Assembly: GCA_963677435.1 (NCBI GenBank)
Contig: OY781945.1
Coordinates: forward strand, 1,472,001 to 1,536,000
Length of the DNA: 64,000 nt
Direction of reading: 5' to 3'
Source: an uncultured Aliarcobacter sp.
GTDB lineage: Bacteria > Campylobacterota > Campylobacteria > Campylobacterales > Arcobacteraceae
Shown here piece after piece: positions 10,278 through 20,520 of this stretch (the first letter of the stretch is position 1; the number at the start of each line of letters is the position of its first letter). Under the pieces are notes generated by a model. The model made no database searches. It was not told the DNA's origin and saw only the letters and a list, made by a program, of their open reading frames with translations. The position numbers and the translations under genes were made by a program.

Positions 10278-11813
10278 ATGAAACATGTCCCAATCGTAGT
10301 ATTAGATTTTGGTAGTCAATATACTCAAATCATTGCTAGAAAACTAAGAGAAGCAGGTGTTTACTCTGAAATAGTACCTTATAGTGAGAGTATTGAAGAT
10401 ATTATGGCAAGAACACCAAAAGGTATTATTCTTTCAGGTGGTCCAGCTTCTGTTTATGCAGTAGATGCTTATCATCCAGATACTACAATATTTGAATTAG
10501 GTCTTCCTATTTTAGGTATTTGTTATGGAATGCAATTAATTTCTCAACATTTTGGAGGAAGCGTAATTCCTGCTTCTCATCATGAATATGGAAAAGCAAA
10601 ATTAAAATTTGAAACTGAAAATCCAATTTTTAAAGACACAACTGATGGTCAAATTGTTTGGATGAGTCATGGAGATAGAGTAGAAAATATTCCAGCTGGA
10701 TTTGAAAGAATTGCAACAAGTGAAAATTCTCCACTTGCAGCTATTGCAAATACAGATAGAAATATTTATGCATTCCAATTTCACCCAGAAGTTTATCACT
10801 CAGTTGAGGGATCAAAACTTCTTAAAAATTTTGCAAAACATATTTGTGGATGTGAATCTACATGGAATATGGGTTCATTTGCAAAAGAACAAATAAAAAG
10901 AATTCAAGATCAAGTTGGAAACAAAAAAGTTCTTTGCGGAGTTTCAGGTGGAGTTGATAGCTCAGTTGTAGCTACACTTTTAGCAGAAGCTATTGGAGAG
11001 CAAGTTATTCCTGTATTTGTTGATAATGGATTATTAAGAGCAAATGAAAGAGAACAAGTTGAAGCAATGTTCAAAGCAAGGGGTGTAAAACTTATCACTG
11101 TAGATGCAAGTGAAGAGTTTTTAACAAAATTAGCAGGTGTAACAGACCCTGAAACAAAAAGAAAAATCATCGGTGAAACATTTATCGAAGTATTTGATAA
11201 AGAAGCAAAAAAACACGATGGAATTGAATTTTTAGCTCAAGGTACACTTTATACAGACGTTATTGAATCAGTATCTGTAAAAGGTCCTTCAAAAACTATC
11301 AAATCTCACCACAATGTTGGTGGACTTCCTGATTGGATGAAATTTGAATTAATTGAACCTCTTAGAGAAATCTTCAAAGATGAAGTAAGAATTTTAGGAT
11401 TAGAACTTGGACTTCCAGCTTCTATGATTGGAAGACATCCGTTCCCTGGACCAGGCCTTGCTATTAGAATCATGGGAGATGTAAATAAACCTGATTTAGA
11501 ACTATTAAGAAAAGCAGACACAGTTATGTTAGATGTTTTACATGCAACTGGTTACTACGATAAAACATGGCAAGCATTTACAGTATTATTAAATGTAAAA
11601 TCTGTAGGTGTTATGGGTGATAATAGAACTTATGACAACACAGTTTGTGTAAGAATAGTAGAAGCAACAGATGGAATGACAGCAACTTTCGCACATATTC
11701 CACATGAAATATTAGAAACAATTTCAAGAAGAATAATCAACGAAGTTGATGGGATTAATAGAGTAGTTTATGATATTTCATCAAAACCACCAGCAACTAT
11801 TGAGTGGGAATAA
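10278..11813 (+). CDS. guaA: GMP synthase (glutamine-hydrolysing)
   Basis: 'DFGSQYTQ', 'GICYGMQ', 'SGGVDS', '[11 protein letters not shown]', C-terminal 'KPPATIEWE'. Confidence 0.99.
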   Translation: MKHVPIVVLDFGSQYTQIIARKLREAGVYSEIVPYSESIEDIMARTPKGIILSGGPASVYAVDAYHPDTTIFELGLPILGICYGMQLISQHFGGSVIPASHHEYGKAKLKFETENPIFKDTTDGQIVWMSHGDRVENIPAGFERIATSENSPLAAIANTDRNIYAFQFHPEVYHSVEGSKLLKNFAKHICGCESTWNMGSFAKEQIKRIQDQVGNKKVLCGVSGGVDSSVVATLLAEAIGEQVIPVFVDNGLLRANEREQVEAMFKARGVKLITVDASEEFLTKLAGVTDPETKRKIIGETFIEVFDKEAKKHDGIEFLAQGTLYTDVIESVSVKGPSKTIKSHHNVGGLPDWMKFELIEPLREIFKDEVRILGLELGLPASMIGRHPFPGPGLAIRIMGDVNKPDLELLRKADTVMLDVLHATGYYDKTWQAFTVLLNVKSVGVMGDNRTYDNTVCVRIVEATDGMTATFAHIPHEILETISRRIINEVDGINRVVYDISSKPPATIEWE

Positions 11814-11917
11814 TTTCTAACAATTTTCACGCATCTTTCACCAAAGTTTGACTCGATGTACTTGTAGTACACCTTCGCCAAACTTTGGCAAAATCTACAT
11901 AAAACTTGTTAGAAATT
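11812..11917. repeat. 106-bp imperfect palindromic element (MITE/REP-like) starting in the guaA stop codon
   Basis: Nested inverted repeats aatttctaacaa/ttgttagaaatt, ccaaagtttg/caaactttgg and tgtact/agtaca. Confidence 0.75.
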
Positions 11918-11949
11918 TTTAAAATTTACTTTTTATAGGAAAAATAAAT

Positions 11950-12462
11950 ATGTATTTTGAAGAACTTCTAAATTTAAAAAAAGATGAGTGTGGATTAATG
12001 AATTTTAATGAATTATCAAATTTACTTCCAAATACTCCGGAAGAGGTATTATCACAATTTTTTTATGATCATGGACAAAAATATGATTTTCAAGAGCAAT
12101 ATGCACATTTAGAAATAAATAAATTAAAGTGCCGAGAAATAGAACTAAAAGCTGATGAAATAATTAAATGTAGTTTTTATGAACATTATTCTGATTATAT
12201 ATTTGGAGTTAGTGAAAGATTAAATAAATTTAAGGAAGAAGATTTTTCTTGTATAGATATAAGAAAAGAAGTTGTTAATAACTGGGAAAAAGAAAAAACC
12301 TGGTTAAAAACACCAATTTTTTTAGATGCTAAATTACTTGTAAAATCTAATAAATTACATTTAGTAGAAGGTCATACTCGATTTGGAATATTAAAAGGTT
12401 TATTATCTAAAAAAGTTATTAGTAAAAATAGTATTCATAAAATATGGTTTGGTGAGTATTGA
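11950..12462 (+). CDS. Hypothetical protein with ParB/Srx-like motif
   Basis: RBS AGGA; 'PIFLD...LHLVEGHTRFGILK' resembles the ParB N-terminal GHxR motif. Confidence 0.6.
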   Translation: MYFEELLNLKKDECGLMNFNELSNLLPNTPEEVLSQFFYDHGQKYDFQEQYAHLEINKLKCREIELKADEIIKCSFYEHYSDYIFGVSERLNKFKEEDFSCIDIRKEVVNNWEKEKTWLKTPIFLDAKLLVKSNKLHLVEGHTRFGILKGLLSKKVISKNSIHKIWFGEY

Positions 12463-12467
12463 TTTCC

Positions 12468-12502
12468 CTTCGTTCCCAAGTTCCAAACTTGGGAATGCAT
12501 AC
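12468..12502. repeat. REP-like hairpin between convergent genes
   Basis: cttcgTTCCCAAGTT-cca-AACTTGGGAAtgcatac; 10-bp perfect stem, similar in form to CGTTCCCA...TGGGAATGCA REP elements. Confidence 0.6.
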
Positions 12503-12530
12503 TTAAATTTCTTAAATTATAATAATTTAA

Positions 12531-12866
12531 CTAAAAAATTATACTCTTAGTAATCCCCAAAACTTGATTTAGTGTATCTTCATCTACTTTTTCAACAAAC
12601 TTTACTTTTCTTGCATTAAAATCTATTGATTTAATTTGTTCGGTCATTATAAAACCTTTGAGATTTTCTGCTTCTAGTCTTACATGAAAAGGGAAATTTC
12701 TATTTGTATTAGTAATTGGACAAGCTATTGCTAAACCTAGGGCTTTATTGAAAATTTCATTACTTATAATTAGTGCTGGTCTTCGTCCTTTTTGTTCATG
12801 TCCTGATGATGGGTCAAAAGTAAGTATTACTAAGTCACCTTTTTGAGGAATGTAGTTTTTTACCAT
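12531..12866 (-). CDS. mazF: PemK/MazF family endoribonuclease toxin
   Basis: 'FDPSSGHEQKGRRPALIISNEIFN', 'CPIT', 'EQIKSID'. Confidence 0.95.
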   Translation of the reverse strand: MVKNYIPQKGDLVILTFDPSSGHEQKGRRPALIISNEIFNKALGLAIACPITNTNRNFPFHVRLEAENLKGFIMTEQIKSIDFNARKVKFVEKVDEDTLNQVLGITKSIIF

Positions 12867-13105
12867 TCTTCTTTACCTAAAGTTGTATGAAACTCTTCAC
12901 TAGCTTTATAGTCACTTGGTATTTTTGAAATTAGTTCATTTAAATCATAATTTAAAATCTCTTTTTTCATTGGTTCTATGATTACTTTTCCATCTAGCAT
13001 AGTAATATTAACATTATCTCCTACTTGAAGATGTAAACTATCCATAATATCTTTTGGCATTCTAAGACCTTGAGAATTGCCCCATTTTGAAATTTTAGCA
13101 GTCAT
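12860..13105 (-). CDS. mazE: AbrB/MazE family antitoxin
   Basis: 'ISKWGNSQGLRMPK', C-terminal 'GKEEW'; overlaps the toxin start. Confidence 0.95.
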   Translation of the reverse strand: MTAKISKWGNSQGLRMPKDIMDSLHLQVGDNVNITMLDGKVIIEPMKKEILNYDLNELISKIPSDYKASEEFHTTLGKEEW

Positions 13106-13118
13106 TTTAACTCCTTTA

Positions 13119-13158
13119 TGTATATCCTAAGTATATCTTTTGTAATTATAAATGTCAA
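13119..13158 (-). promoter_or_regulatory. sigma70 promoter of mazEF with repeated GATATAC motifs (probable MazE operator)
   Basis: Minus strand TTGACA (13158-13153), 17-nt spacer, TATACT (13135-13130); GATATAC occurs twice, over and just downstream of the -10. Confidence 0.7.
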
Positions 13159-13184
13159 TATTTTAATAAAAATTTAAATCTTCT

Positions 13185-14885
13185 CTACGACGAACAACTA
13201 ACATGTGATATACCAGCTATTCCAAAAAAATCTGATGGTTTTTTAATATAATATTTCTTTTCTATTTCTTTTGTTTGTTCCTCATATGGATTTGTCATTA
13301 TTTCTTGTAATTCGTGTACTGGTTTATAGTTTCCATTTTGGGCTTCTTGATATGCCCAAACTAGATGCCATTCTCTTAATGTATATTTTGGATTTATAAG
13401 TTTCATTTTAGTTGAAAGTTTTTCTTTAGAATTTTCATCATTTACATTTATTTGTGATTTCCAACTTTCAAGCCAACTGTTCCATCTTAATTTGATATTT
13501 TCATTTTCGCTATTTCCATAAAAACTTTTTTCAAGTTGATTACTATCATTTGGAATAGATGATAGTTCTCTAAAAAATATTGTATAGTCAACTTTAGTTT
13601 CTATCATAAGATTGATAAGTTCCTCAAATAACTCAACATTAAACTTACTCATTCCTAGTTTTTTAGCCCACATATTTTCCATTTTTTCTTGCATAACTTT
13701 TGAAAAATTATTTTCAATTTTTTCAATTTCTTGTAAAGCCAAAGCATTTGAACTAAGTAATGGTTTTAATGCACTACAAAACGATTTAAAGTTTTTTTGC
13801 GCTGCAACTGGCTGATTAAAAAATGAAAAGTGCATTCCTCCACCAGTCCAAGATTGATATTTTGGGTCAAACATTTCGATAAATCCAAATGGACCATAAT
13901 CTAGAGTAAAACCTCCTGCTGCACAGTTATCACTGTTGAAGTTACCTTGACAGTATCCAACTCGTATCCAGTTAGCCACCAAAGAAGTAAGACGATTTTG
14001 AAACTCTTTTGCTAGTTGTATTATCTTTTCTTCTAAACTCAAATCTTCTTTGATTACTTCGCTATACTCTCTATCAATCAAATGTAAAACAATCATTTCT
14101 AACTCTTTTAAAGCATTTTCATGCTCATTTTTTCTAGCTCGTCTGCCAAAAAGTTCAAGTTGTCCAACTCTTATAAATGAAGGTGCAACCCTTGTAGTGA
14201 TTGCAACATCTTCTTCTATCATAACTTCTGGGTCTTTTGAGTAAGAATTATCTCTAAACCAAGGTCTATTTACTTGCTCTTTTTTAGAAGTAAATAGAGT
14301 TAAAGACCTTGATGTTGGAATTCCAAGTGCGTGCATATGCTCTTGTGCTAAAAACTCTCTAACACTTGATCTTAAAACTGCACGCCCATCTGCACCTCTA
14401 CAATATGGTGTTCTTCCTGCACCTTTTAGCTGAAATTCCCATCTTTTACCATTTATAAGAGCTTCAAGAATCGAGATTGCTCTACCATCCCCATATCCAT
14501 TTCCAGTTTGAAAAGGACATTGTGCATAATATTCAGTTCCATAAATAGATAGTGCATAACCAGTCGCCCAACCTATATTTTGAGCAAGATTAGAAATATT
14601 AGACATATCCCCTGAAAACATTTTAATAAAATCATCTGATTTTATTAGGCTCTCAGAAAAGCCTAATTCTTTAAAAAAGGTTTCGCTATGAGAAATATAT
14701 ATTGGCTCTTTAATCGCAGTTGGACTTACTGGTACATAGTGTCCACTAAAAACCTCTCTTGGTGATTTATTATCTCCATTAAATTTTGCATCAGAGTCAC
14801 TGTTGAGTTTTTCTATAAAAGAGTAATCACTTAATTTTTCAAGTTCTTCAAATGTTTCTATATTTTTGTTAGTATTTTTTTTCAT
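13185..14885 (-). CDS. selO: Protein adenylyltransferase SelO family (YdiU)
   Basis: 'GYGDGRA', '[28 protein letters not shown]', 'QGNFNSDN', 'LDYGPFGF', C-terminal 'SCSS' (Cys form, TAG stop). Confidence 0.92.
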   Translation of the reverse strand: MKKNTNKNIETFEELEKLSDYSFIEKLNSDSDAKFNGDNKSPREVFSGHYVPVSPTAIKEPIYISHSETFFKELGFSESLIKSDDFIKMFSGDMSNISNLAQNIGWATGYALSIYGTEYYAQCPFQTGNGYGDGRAISILEALINGKRWEFQLKGAGRTPYCRGADGRAVLRSSVREFLAQEHMHALGIPTSRSLTLFTSKKEQVNRPWFRDNSYSKDPEVMIEEDVAITTRVAPSFIRVGQLELFGRRARKNEHENALKELEMIVLHLIDREYSEVIKEDLSLEEKIIQLAKEFQNRLTSLVANWIRVGYCQGNFNSDNCAAGGFTLDYGPFGFIEMFDPKYQSWTGGGMHFSFFNQPVAAQKNFKSFCSALKPLLSSNALALQEIEKIENNFSKVMQEKMENMWAKKLGMSKFNVELFEELINLMIETKVDYTIFFRELSSIPNDSNQLEKSFYGNSENENIKLRWNSWLESWKSQINVNDENSKEKLSTKMKLINPKYTLREWHLVWAYQEAQNGNYKPVHELQEIMTNPYEEQTKEIEKKYYIKKPSDFFGIAGISHVSCSS

Positions 14886-15000
14886 AATAATATTTGTCCA
14901 TTAATTTTTTATTTATTAAGATTCTAACATAACTATCTTTGATTCAAAACAAAGCTACTATTAACTAAAATACAAAAAAATACTAATAAAAGCGATAATT

Positions 15001-15285
15001 ATGGCAATAACAAGACAAATAATATTTTTAGCAAAAAGAGATTGTATTGAAGAACTAAAAGCATTACTTAAATCGACTATTAAAGAGTCAAAAAAAGAAG
15101 AGGGATGTTTGATGTATGAAGTTTTTCAAACAAAAACTAATCCAGTTGAATTTATTGTAATTGACTCATGGGAAAGTGAAGATGCTTTAAATAAGCATTA
15201 TGAAAGTGAACACTACACACATTTTATAAATAATTTCAAACAATATAATGCTCATATTGAACCTTTTGAATTAGAAATTTTATAA
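15001..15285 (+). CDS. Antibiotic biosynthesis monooxygenase (ABM) / putative quinol monooxygenase
   Basis: 'SKKEEGCLMYEV', 'WESEDALNKHYESEHY'. Confidence 0.85.
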   Translation: MAITRQIIFLAKRDCIEELKALLKSTIKESKKEEGCLMYEVFQTKTNPVEFIVIDSWESEDALNKHYESEHYTHFINNFKQYNAHIEPFELEIL

Positions 15286-15305
15286 AATCATAAGACAAAA
15301 TAATA

Positions 15306-15653
15306 ATGAAAATCTCTTATCATCGTCGTCGTAAAATCAAAACAAGAAGAATAGCTTTGCGTGATTTAATTTTACGAGGTATAAATGAGCCAAAAGATTT
15401 AGCAAAAGAACTCAAAGTTACAATTTCAACTATCAAAAGAGATTTGGAAGCACTCAAAACCATGCGTGAAGAAGATTTCTCTTTTGAGACTAGACAACCT
15501 TCCCAAGAGATACTTGATAAAAAAGATGCCATATTAAAAATGTTGGATGATGAAGAATATTACAACGAAAAAGGGGATTTAAATATTCTAAAGATTACAA
15601 AAGATTTAAATACAAGTAGAGCAACAGTTATGTCTGTTTTAAATGGCGAATAA
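15306..15653 (+). CDS. Small protein with two predicted helix-turn-helix motifs
   Basis: 'PKDLAKELKVTISTIKRDL' and 'ILKITKDLNTSRATVMSVL'. Confidence 0.65.
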   Translation: MKISYHRRRKIKTRRIALRDLILRGINEPKDLAKELKVTISTIKRDLEALKTMREEDFSFETRQPSQEILDKKDAILKMLDDEEYYNEKGDLNILKITKDLNTSRATVMSVLNGE

Positions 15654-15683
15654 TATTCCAAAATTAGCATAAAATAAAAGGGA

Positions 15684-17180
15684 TTATACTGGTAAAATTA
15701 TGAAAAATTTTGCACCTTTATAATTTTTATTATTATATTCTAAGTCTTGATTTTTAACAATTATTTCACCTGAAAAATGTTCATGAATAATTTTTGAACT
15801 CATATACAATCCGATTCCTGTACCTTGATTATTATATTTTGTAGTAAAATATGGGTCAAATATTTTATCGATAATATCCTCTTTAACACCACCTGCATTA
15901 TCTTGGATTGTAACAGTTATTTTGCCATTTTCTTTTAAAAATTTTACTTCTATTACTTTTTCTTTTATATCATTTTCATTTAATATATCTTTTGAATTAT
16001 TAAGAATATTTATAAAAACTTGAGTTAATTCATTGATTACACCATTTACTAATAATTCATTTTCACTATGTTCAATATTAAGTGTAATATAATTGTTTTT
16101 CAAAGAAGCAGATACGATATCTATAGCTTTATTAAAAGAAGTTTCAATATTAAAATACTCTTTTTTACTACTATAATCTTTAATATAATCTCTAAAATCA
16201 TCAATTGTATTACTTAAATAATTTGCATATTTGATTACACTCTCTGAAGTCTCTTCTATCTCTTTGTCTTCTATAAGATTTAATTCTTTTCTTAGTTTTA
16301 ATCCACTCATTTGAACAGTAATAGCATTTAGTGGTTGTCGCCATTGATGAGCGATATTATTAAGCATTTCACCAATAATTGCCATTCTTGATTGATGTTT
16401 AAGAAAGATATTTTGCTCATGATTTTTCTTTACTTGAGCTTTTAATTCTTCAAATAACTCTTTTTCTTTTTTATTTAAATGTTTTAAATCTATGATATTT
16501 TTTTCTATATTTTTAGCCATAAGATTAAAAGATTCTTGCAGTTCATAAGTCTCTTTACTATCGCCTAAATTTATTCTTTGAGAATAGTCTCCATGGGCAA
16601 TTGCATTTGCACTTTGAGTTAATTTAACTAGATTTTTTATAATCCATTTACTAACTGTTATAAGTAAAATTGCTGATAATATTAATTCTACTAATGCAAT
16701 AATAATACTTCTTGTAATCATCTCTTTTTTTGCTTGAATATAAAATTTTGTAGAAAGACCTAAATAGACTTTTCCCAATGATTCTGAAAATAAAGTTATT
16801 GGAATATTTGTATCAAATCTTTCATCTTCAAGTGATTTTTCACTAAAAGGTTCTAGCTCTTTTTGTGGTAGTACTGAACAATCTTTTAATCCAACAGTTG
16901 AAATACAATTATTTTGATTATCAACAACTGCTAGATAATCTATTGTTAGAATCTTTTTAGTTTCATATAAGATTGCGTTAATTGTTGCATAATCCATTTG
17001 AACAAGAGGTGCTACTAAGGCACTTTTTAATAATATCTTTTGTTCATCTAGTCTTATGTTTGTTTGTGATGATAGATTTACTTCAAGTTGATTTACATTT
17101 TTGACTACCATTAATGCAAGCATTAAACTCTCAATTAATAAACTGGCAATTACCCATTTCCAAGATAAAGATAGTCTCAT
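15684..17180 (-). CDS. Membrane sensor histidine kinase (HAMP, HisKA, HATPase)
   Basis: Two TMs, HAMP, 'IAHQWRQPLN', 'DNAGG', 'FTTK', 'GTGIGLY'. Confidence 0.95.
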   Translation of the reverse strand: MRLSLSWKWVIASLLIESLMLALMVVKNVNQLEVNLSSQTNIRLDEQKILLKSALVAPLVQMDYATINAILYETKKILTIDYLAVVDNQNNCISTVGLKDCSVLPQKELEPFSEKSLEDERFDTNIPITLFSESLGKVYLGLSTKFYIQAKKEMITRSIIIALVELILSAILLITVSKWIIKNLVKLTQSANAIAHGDYSQRINLGDSKETYELQESFNLMAKNIEKNIIDLKHLNKKEKELFEELKAQVKKNHEQNIFLKHQSRMAIIGEMLNNIAHQWRQPLNAITVQMSGLKLRKELNLIEDKEIEETSESVIKYANYLSNTIDDFRDYIKDYSSKKEYFNIETSFNKAIDIVSASLKNNYITLNIEHSENELLVNGVINELTQVFINILNNSKDILNENDIKEKVIEVKFLKENGKITVTIQDNAGGVKEDIIDKIFDPYFTTKYNNQGTGIGLYMSSKIIHEHFSGEIIVKNQDLEYNNKNYKGAKFFIILPV

Positions 17181-18002
17181 TTAGTTATTTAACCTTTTCA
17201 TAGTTTTATTTACAATTGAATCAAGATTATCTAAATCTGCGGGTTCAATTTTTTTAAAGCCTTCAAGTTTTGTAATTTCCAAATGCTTTTTTCCTTCAGG
17301 AGATTTTGAAAAAGCATCTAATGCACTTTCCCACTCTACTAAAGTAATACCATCTGCATTTTTTGCAAGATAAATTCTACTTGGTTTGGGTTCACTTTGA
17401 TATATCACATGAACTAAGTCTTTAGTCTCTTTTGTTACTAGTTTTATATAATTTGGTAAAGACATAATTATCATATCTGCATTATTATTTAAAAGTATAG
17501 ATATTGAACTATCAGTTGCACTTGTATATGTGTATTTTACTTTTTCCCCTTCTTCAAAGCCATTTTTTTCTAACCAATCTTGTGCATCTAAAGTAGGAAA
17601 TGAAACAGGATCTAGTCCAATAACATTAAGTGGCAGATTTTTGCTTTCTAAAATATTTTTGTCAGTAGCTAGAAGAATAGTTGATAGACCTTTAGTATAA
17701 GTCATTAAAGGTGTATATCCACCTAGTTTTTGGGCAAGAACAGCTAAATTGGGTGAAGTTAAAACTAAATCATAATAATTTCCTTCATCTGAACGCTTAG
17801 TAAACTCACTAAAATTTTTGGCTGTTAAAATTTGAACAGGTCTTTTAAAATAATTTTGTAAAAAAAGCCTCAAGTCTTGATGTGATTCTAAAATAACTCT
17901 AGTTGAAGAGTGTGGTGCAATGCCTATTTTGATTGGAGTTTCTTGTGCAAAACAAAGATTTGATATTAAAAAAATTGTTAGAAGTAGTAGTTTTTGTTTC
18001 AT
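17181..18002 (-). CDS. PhnD/phosphonate-binding-like periplasmic substrate-binding protein
   Basis: Signal peptide, 'IKIGIAPH', periplasmic binding fold character; directly abuts the kinase. Confidence 0.75.
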   Translation of the reverse strand: MKQKLLLLTIFLISNLCFAQETPIKIGIAPHSSTRVILESHQDLRLFLQNYFKRPVQILTAKNFSEFTKRSDEGNYYDLVLTSPNLAVLAQKLGGYTPLMTYTKGLSTILLATDKNILESKNLPLNVIGLDPVSFPTLDAQDWLEKNGFEEGEKVKYTYTSATDSSISILLNNNADMIIMSLPNYIKLVTKETKDLVHVIYQSEPKPSRIYLAKNADGITLVEWESALDAFSKSPEGKKHLEITKLEGFKKIEPADLDNLDSIVNKTMKRLNN

Positions 18003-18155
18003 ATTATTTTCACTTATAAAAATGTGGCATTATTATAACAGATAATGATAATATTATTTATTAAGTGTTTTTTAATTTCACAGCTTTAAAGAGCTTTTAG
18101 ATAAAATCTAATATTAATAAATTATATAAATTTTACTTATCAAGGAAAAAAGCAA

Positions 18156-18518
18156 ATGAAAATTCATAGAATCAACCCATGCAAAAGATGGTCAGATGTG
18201 ACTGTTTTTAATGGAATTGCAACTTTCACAGAAGTTGCAGACACAGATACAAGTGCAGATATTAAAGGTCAAGTTCAACAAATATTTGACCAAGCTCAAG
18301 CTAGTTTAGCTTTGATTGATAGTGATAAATCAAGAATTTTAGCAGTTACTATTTACATCACAGATTTTGCAAACTTCGATGGCTTAAATGAGATTTGGGA
18401 TTCTTGGTTTCCAGATGGCTGTGCGCCAAGTAGAGCTTGTGTAAAAGCTGAATTAGTTGATCCAAATTTGTTAGTTGAAATGACATTCACAGCAGCAGCT
18501 GGTGAGAAGTTTCAATAA
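18156..18518 (+). CDS. RidA/YjgF family protein (YoaB-like)
   Basis: 'NEIWDSWFPDGCAPSRACV', 'LLVEM'. Confidence 0.9.
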   Translation: MKIHRINPCKRWSDVTVFNGIATFTEVADTDTSADIKGQVQQIFDQAQASLALIDSDKSRILAVTIYITDFANFDGLNEIWDSWFPDGCAPSRACVKAELVDPNLLVEMTFTAAAGEKFQ

Positions 18519-18519
18519 T

Positions 18520-19119
18520 ATGGAGCCATTAGATATTGGTAGTTCTTACAATCAAATTACCCATATATGGAAAAATGAAAAATTTGATAAAACAAATGGA
18601 ATTATACAGCATAAAAAAGCAATAGATTTTGCAAAAAATCGAGGTAAAGCACTAGATATCGGTTGTGGTTGTAGTGGAAGATTTATAGATTTACTAATAG
18701 ATGAAGGCTTCACTCCTAGTGGAATAGATATTTCTAGTAAGATGATAGAATTAGCAAAAGAATGTCATCCTTCTATTGCTTTTTATTATGGAGATATTTG
18801 CGAATATGAATTGTCTGATAAGTATGATTTTATTACAGCGTGGGATAGTATTTGGCATATTCCTTTATCAAAACAAGAAAAAGTAATCGCAAAAATAATT
18901 GATACCTTAAATATTGGCGGTATTTTTATATTCTCTTTTGGTGGTACGGTTGATTCTGGTGAACATATAGATGATTTTATGGGACCAGAAGTTTATTATT
19001 CTTCCCTTGGAATAAATGGTTTTCTAAAATGTTTTTTAGATTTATCTTGTATCATAAGACATTTAGAATTTGACCAATATCCAGAATTACATACATACTT
19101 AATTGTAGAAAAAATTTGA
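18520..19119 (+). CDS. Class I SAM-dependent methyltransferase
   Basis: 'ALDIGCGCSGR', 'GIDISSKM', 'LNIGG'; ATG at 18520 chosen over the upstream GTG. Confidence 0.88.
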   Translation: MEPLDIGSSYNQITHIWKNEKFDKTNGIIQHKKAIDFAKNRGKALDIGCGCSGRFIDLLIDEGFTPSGIDISSKMIELAKECHPSIAFYYGDICEYELSDKYDFITAWDSIWHIPLSKQEKVIAKIIDTLNIGGIFIFSFGGTVDSGEHIDDFMGPEVYYSSLGINGFLKCFLDLSCIIRHLEFDQYPELHTYLIVEKI

Positions 19120-19174
19120 TATTATTTTTTATAAGATTTAGTGAAAATACAATTTTTGGAGTGATAAATAATAT

Positions 19175-19696
19175 ATGAAAATTTTAAAATATAAAAAAAT
19201 AGAAGCGAGTTTTAATCCTTGGTCGGTTAAATATTTTGAAGTAGCTCAAAGTGTTATTGACTTTATTTGCATAGAACAATTTGAAGTTATTCATATAGGT
19301 TCTACCTCATTTAAAGTTGGTGGTAAAGGAATAATAGATTTATCTATCTTATATGAAAATGGTGACTTAGAAAAAGCAGTTAAACATTTATTGCAACTTG
19401 GTTTTCAAAATCAAATCAGTGAAAAACCTTTTCCTGCTGAGCGACCACGAAAAGATGGTATGGTTATTGTAAATGAAAAAGAATATTTTTTACATGTTCA
19501 TGTTATTCAAAAAGGAAGTGATGAACATAAAAAGCAAATTGAATACAAAAGTTATATGTTAAACAATCCTCTTGCTAGAGAAGAGTATGAGTTTTCAAAA
19601 AAACAGATTTTAGCTAATGGTTTCACTGACCAAGAATCTTATGGTAAACAAAAATCACCTTATGTAAAATCTATTTTAAATAGGATAGATAAATAG
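19175..19696 (+). CDS. GrpB family (UPF0157) nucleotidyltransferase-fold protein
   Basis: 'HIGSTS...KGIIDL', 'HVHV', 'YEFSK', 'YGKQKSPYV'. Confidence 0.85.
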   Translation: MKILKYKKIEASFNPWSVKYFEVAQSVIDFICIEQFEVIHIGSTSFKVGGKGIIDLSILYENGDLEKAVKHLLQLGFQNQISEKPFPAERPRKDGMVIVNEKEYFLHVHVIQKGSDEHKKQIEYKSYMLNNPLAREEYEFSKKQILANGFTDQESYGKQKSPYVKSILNRIDK

Positions 19697-19881
19697 AATA
19701 ATAAAATAGATTTCACTTGAATTCCTCAATTCTTATCATATAATGTAAACGGTTTATCTACACTATTTACAAAAATTATCATCTTTCTTTTAACTACAAC
19801 TTAAGAAATTGCGGGGATACTTCAGAGGTATCCTGTCCCTGAAACTACGGGCTTATCAAACATACTTAAGGAATGTAGCCC

Positions 19882-20451
19882 ATGAATATAACAACAAACG
19901 ATTCTCAAATATTATTAGCACTTAACAAACCTAAAGGTTATTTAGTTACAAGATCTGATGACCTTGGGCGAAAAACTGTCTACAATCTTTTACCCGATAG
20001 CCTTTTTCAAGATGGATGGATGCCTATTGGACGCCTTGATTTAGAATCAAAAGGGCTTTTATTATTCACAAGAGATGGAAAAATAAATGATGCTTTAACA
20101 AAACCTGGAAATTGCATTAAAATATATGAAGTTTGGGTTAGAGGTTACGTAACAGATGAACATATTTTGGAAGCTAAAAAAGGTGTTGAAAGTATACATG
20201 GAATACTGAAAGCAAAAGTAGAAAAAATAGGAAATGGTGGAGCAAAAACAAAACTTAGAGTTGAACTAGAAGAGGGCAAAAATCGCCATATTCGCAGACT
20301 CTTTGGAGCATTAAAAGACCCAAAATTTGGAACACCATTAAAAGTTTTGGATTTGAACCGAGTTAGTATTGGCAGTTTTAAACCCAATATTGAAATAGGT
20401 AAATGGCGTTATCTTTCAATAGATGAAGAGAAAATGCTAATTAAAAGCTAG
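19882..20451 (+). CDS. RsuA-family pseudouridine synthase lacking the S4 domain
   Basis: 'LNKPKGY', 'IGRLDLESKGLLLFT', 'EGKNRHIRR'. Confidence 0.9.
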   Translation: MNITTNDSQILLALNKPKGYLVTRSDDLGRKTVYNLLPDSLFQDGWMPIGRLDLESKGLLLFTRDGKINDALTKPGNCIKIYEVWVRGYVTDEHILEAKKGVESIHGILKAKVEKIGNGGAKTKLRVELEEGKNRHIRRLFGALKDPKFGTPLKVLDLNRVSIGSFKPNIEIGKWRYLSIDEEKMLIKS

Positions 20452-20520
20452 AAGTAATACAAGTCGTCTAAGCTCTTTATGTTACAATACTTTTTTAAAA
20501 ATGGTTGTATTAAATAGGAG

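Noticed and set aside
13185..13200. Possible selenocysteine in SelO
   Set aside because: C-terminus is S-C-S-S followed by TAG; there is no in-frame TGA.
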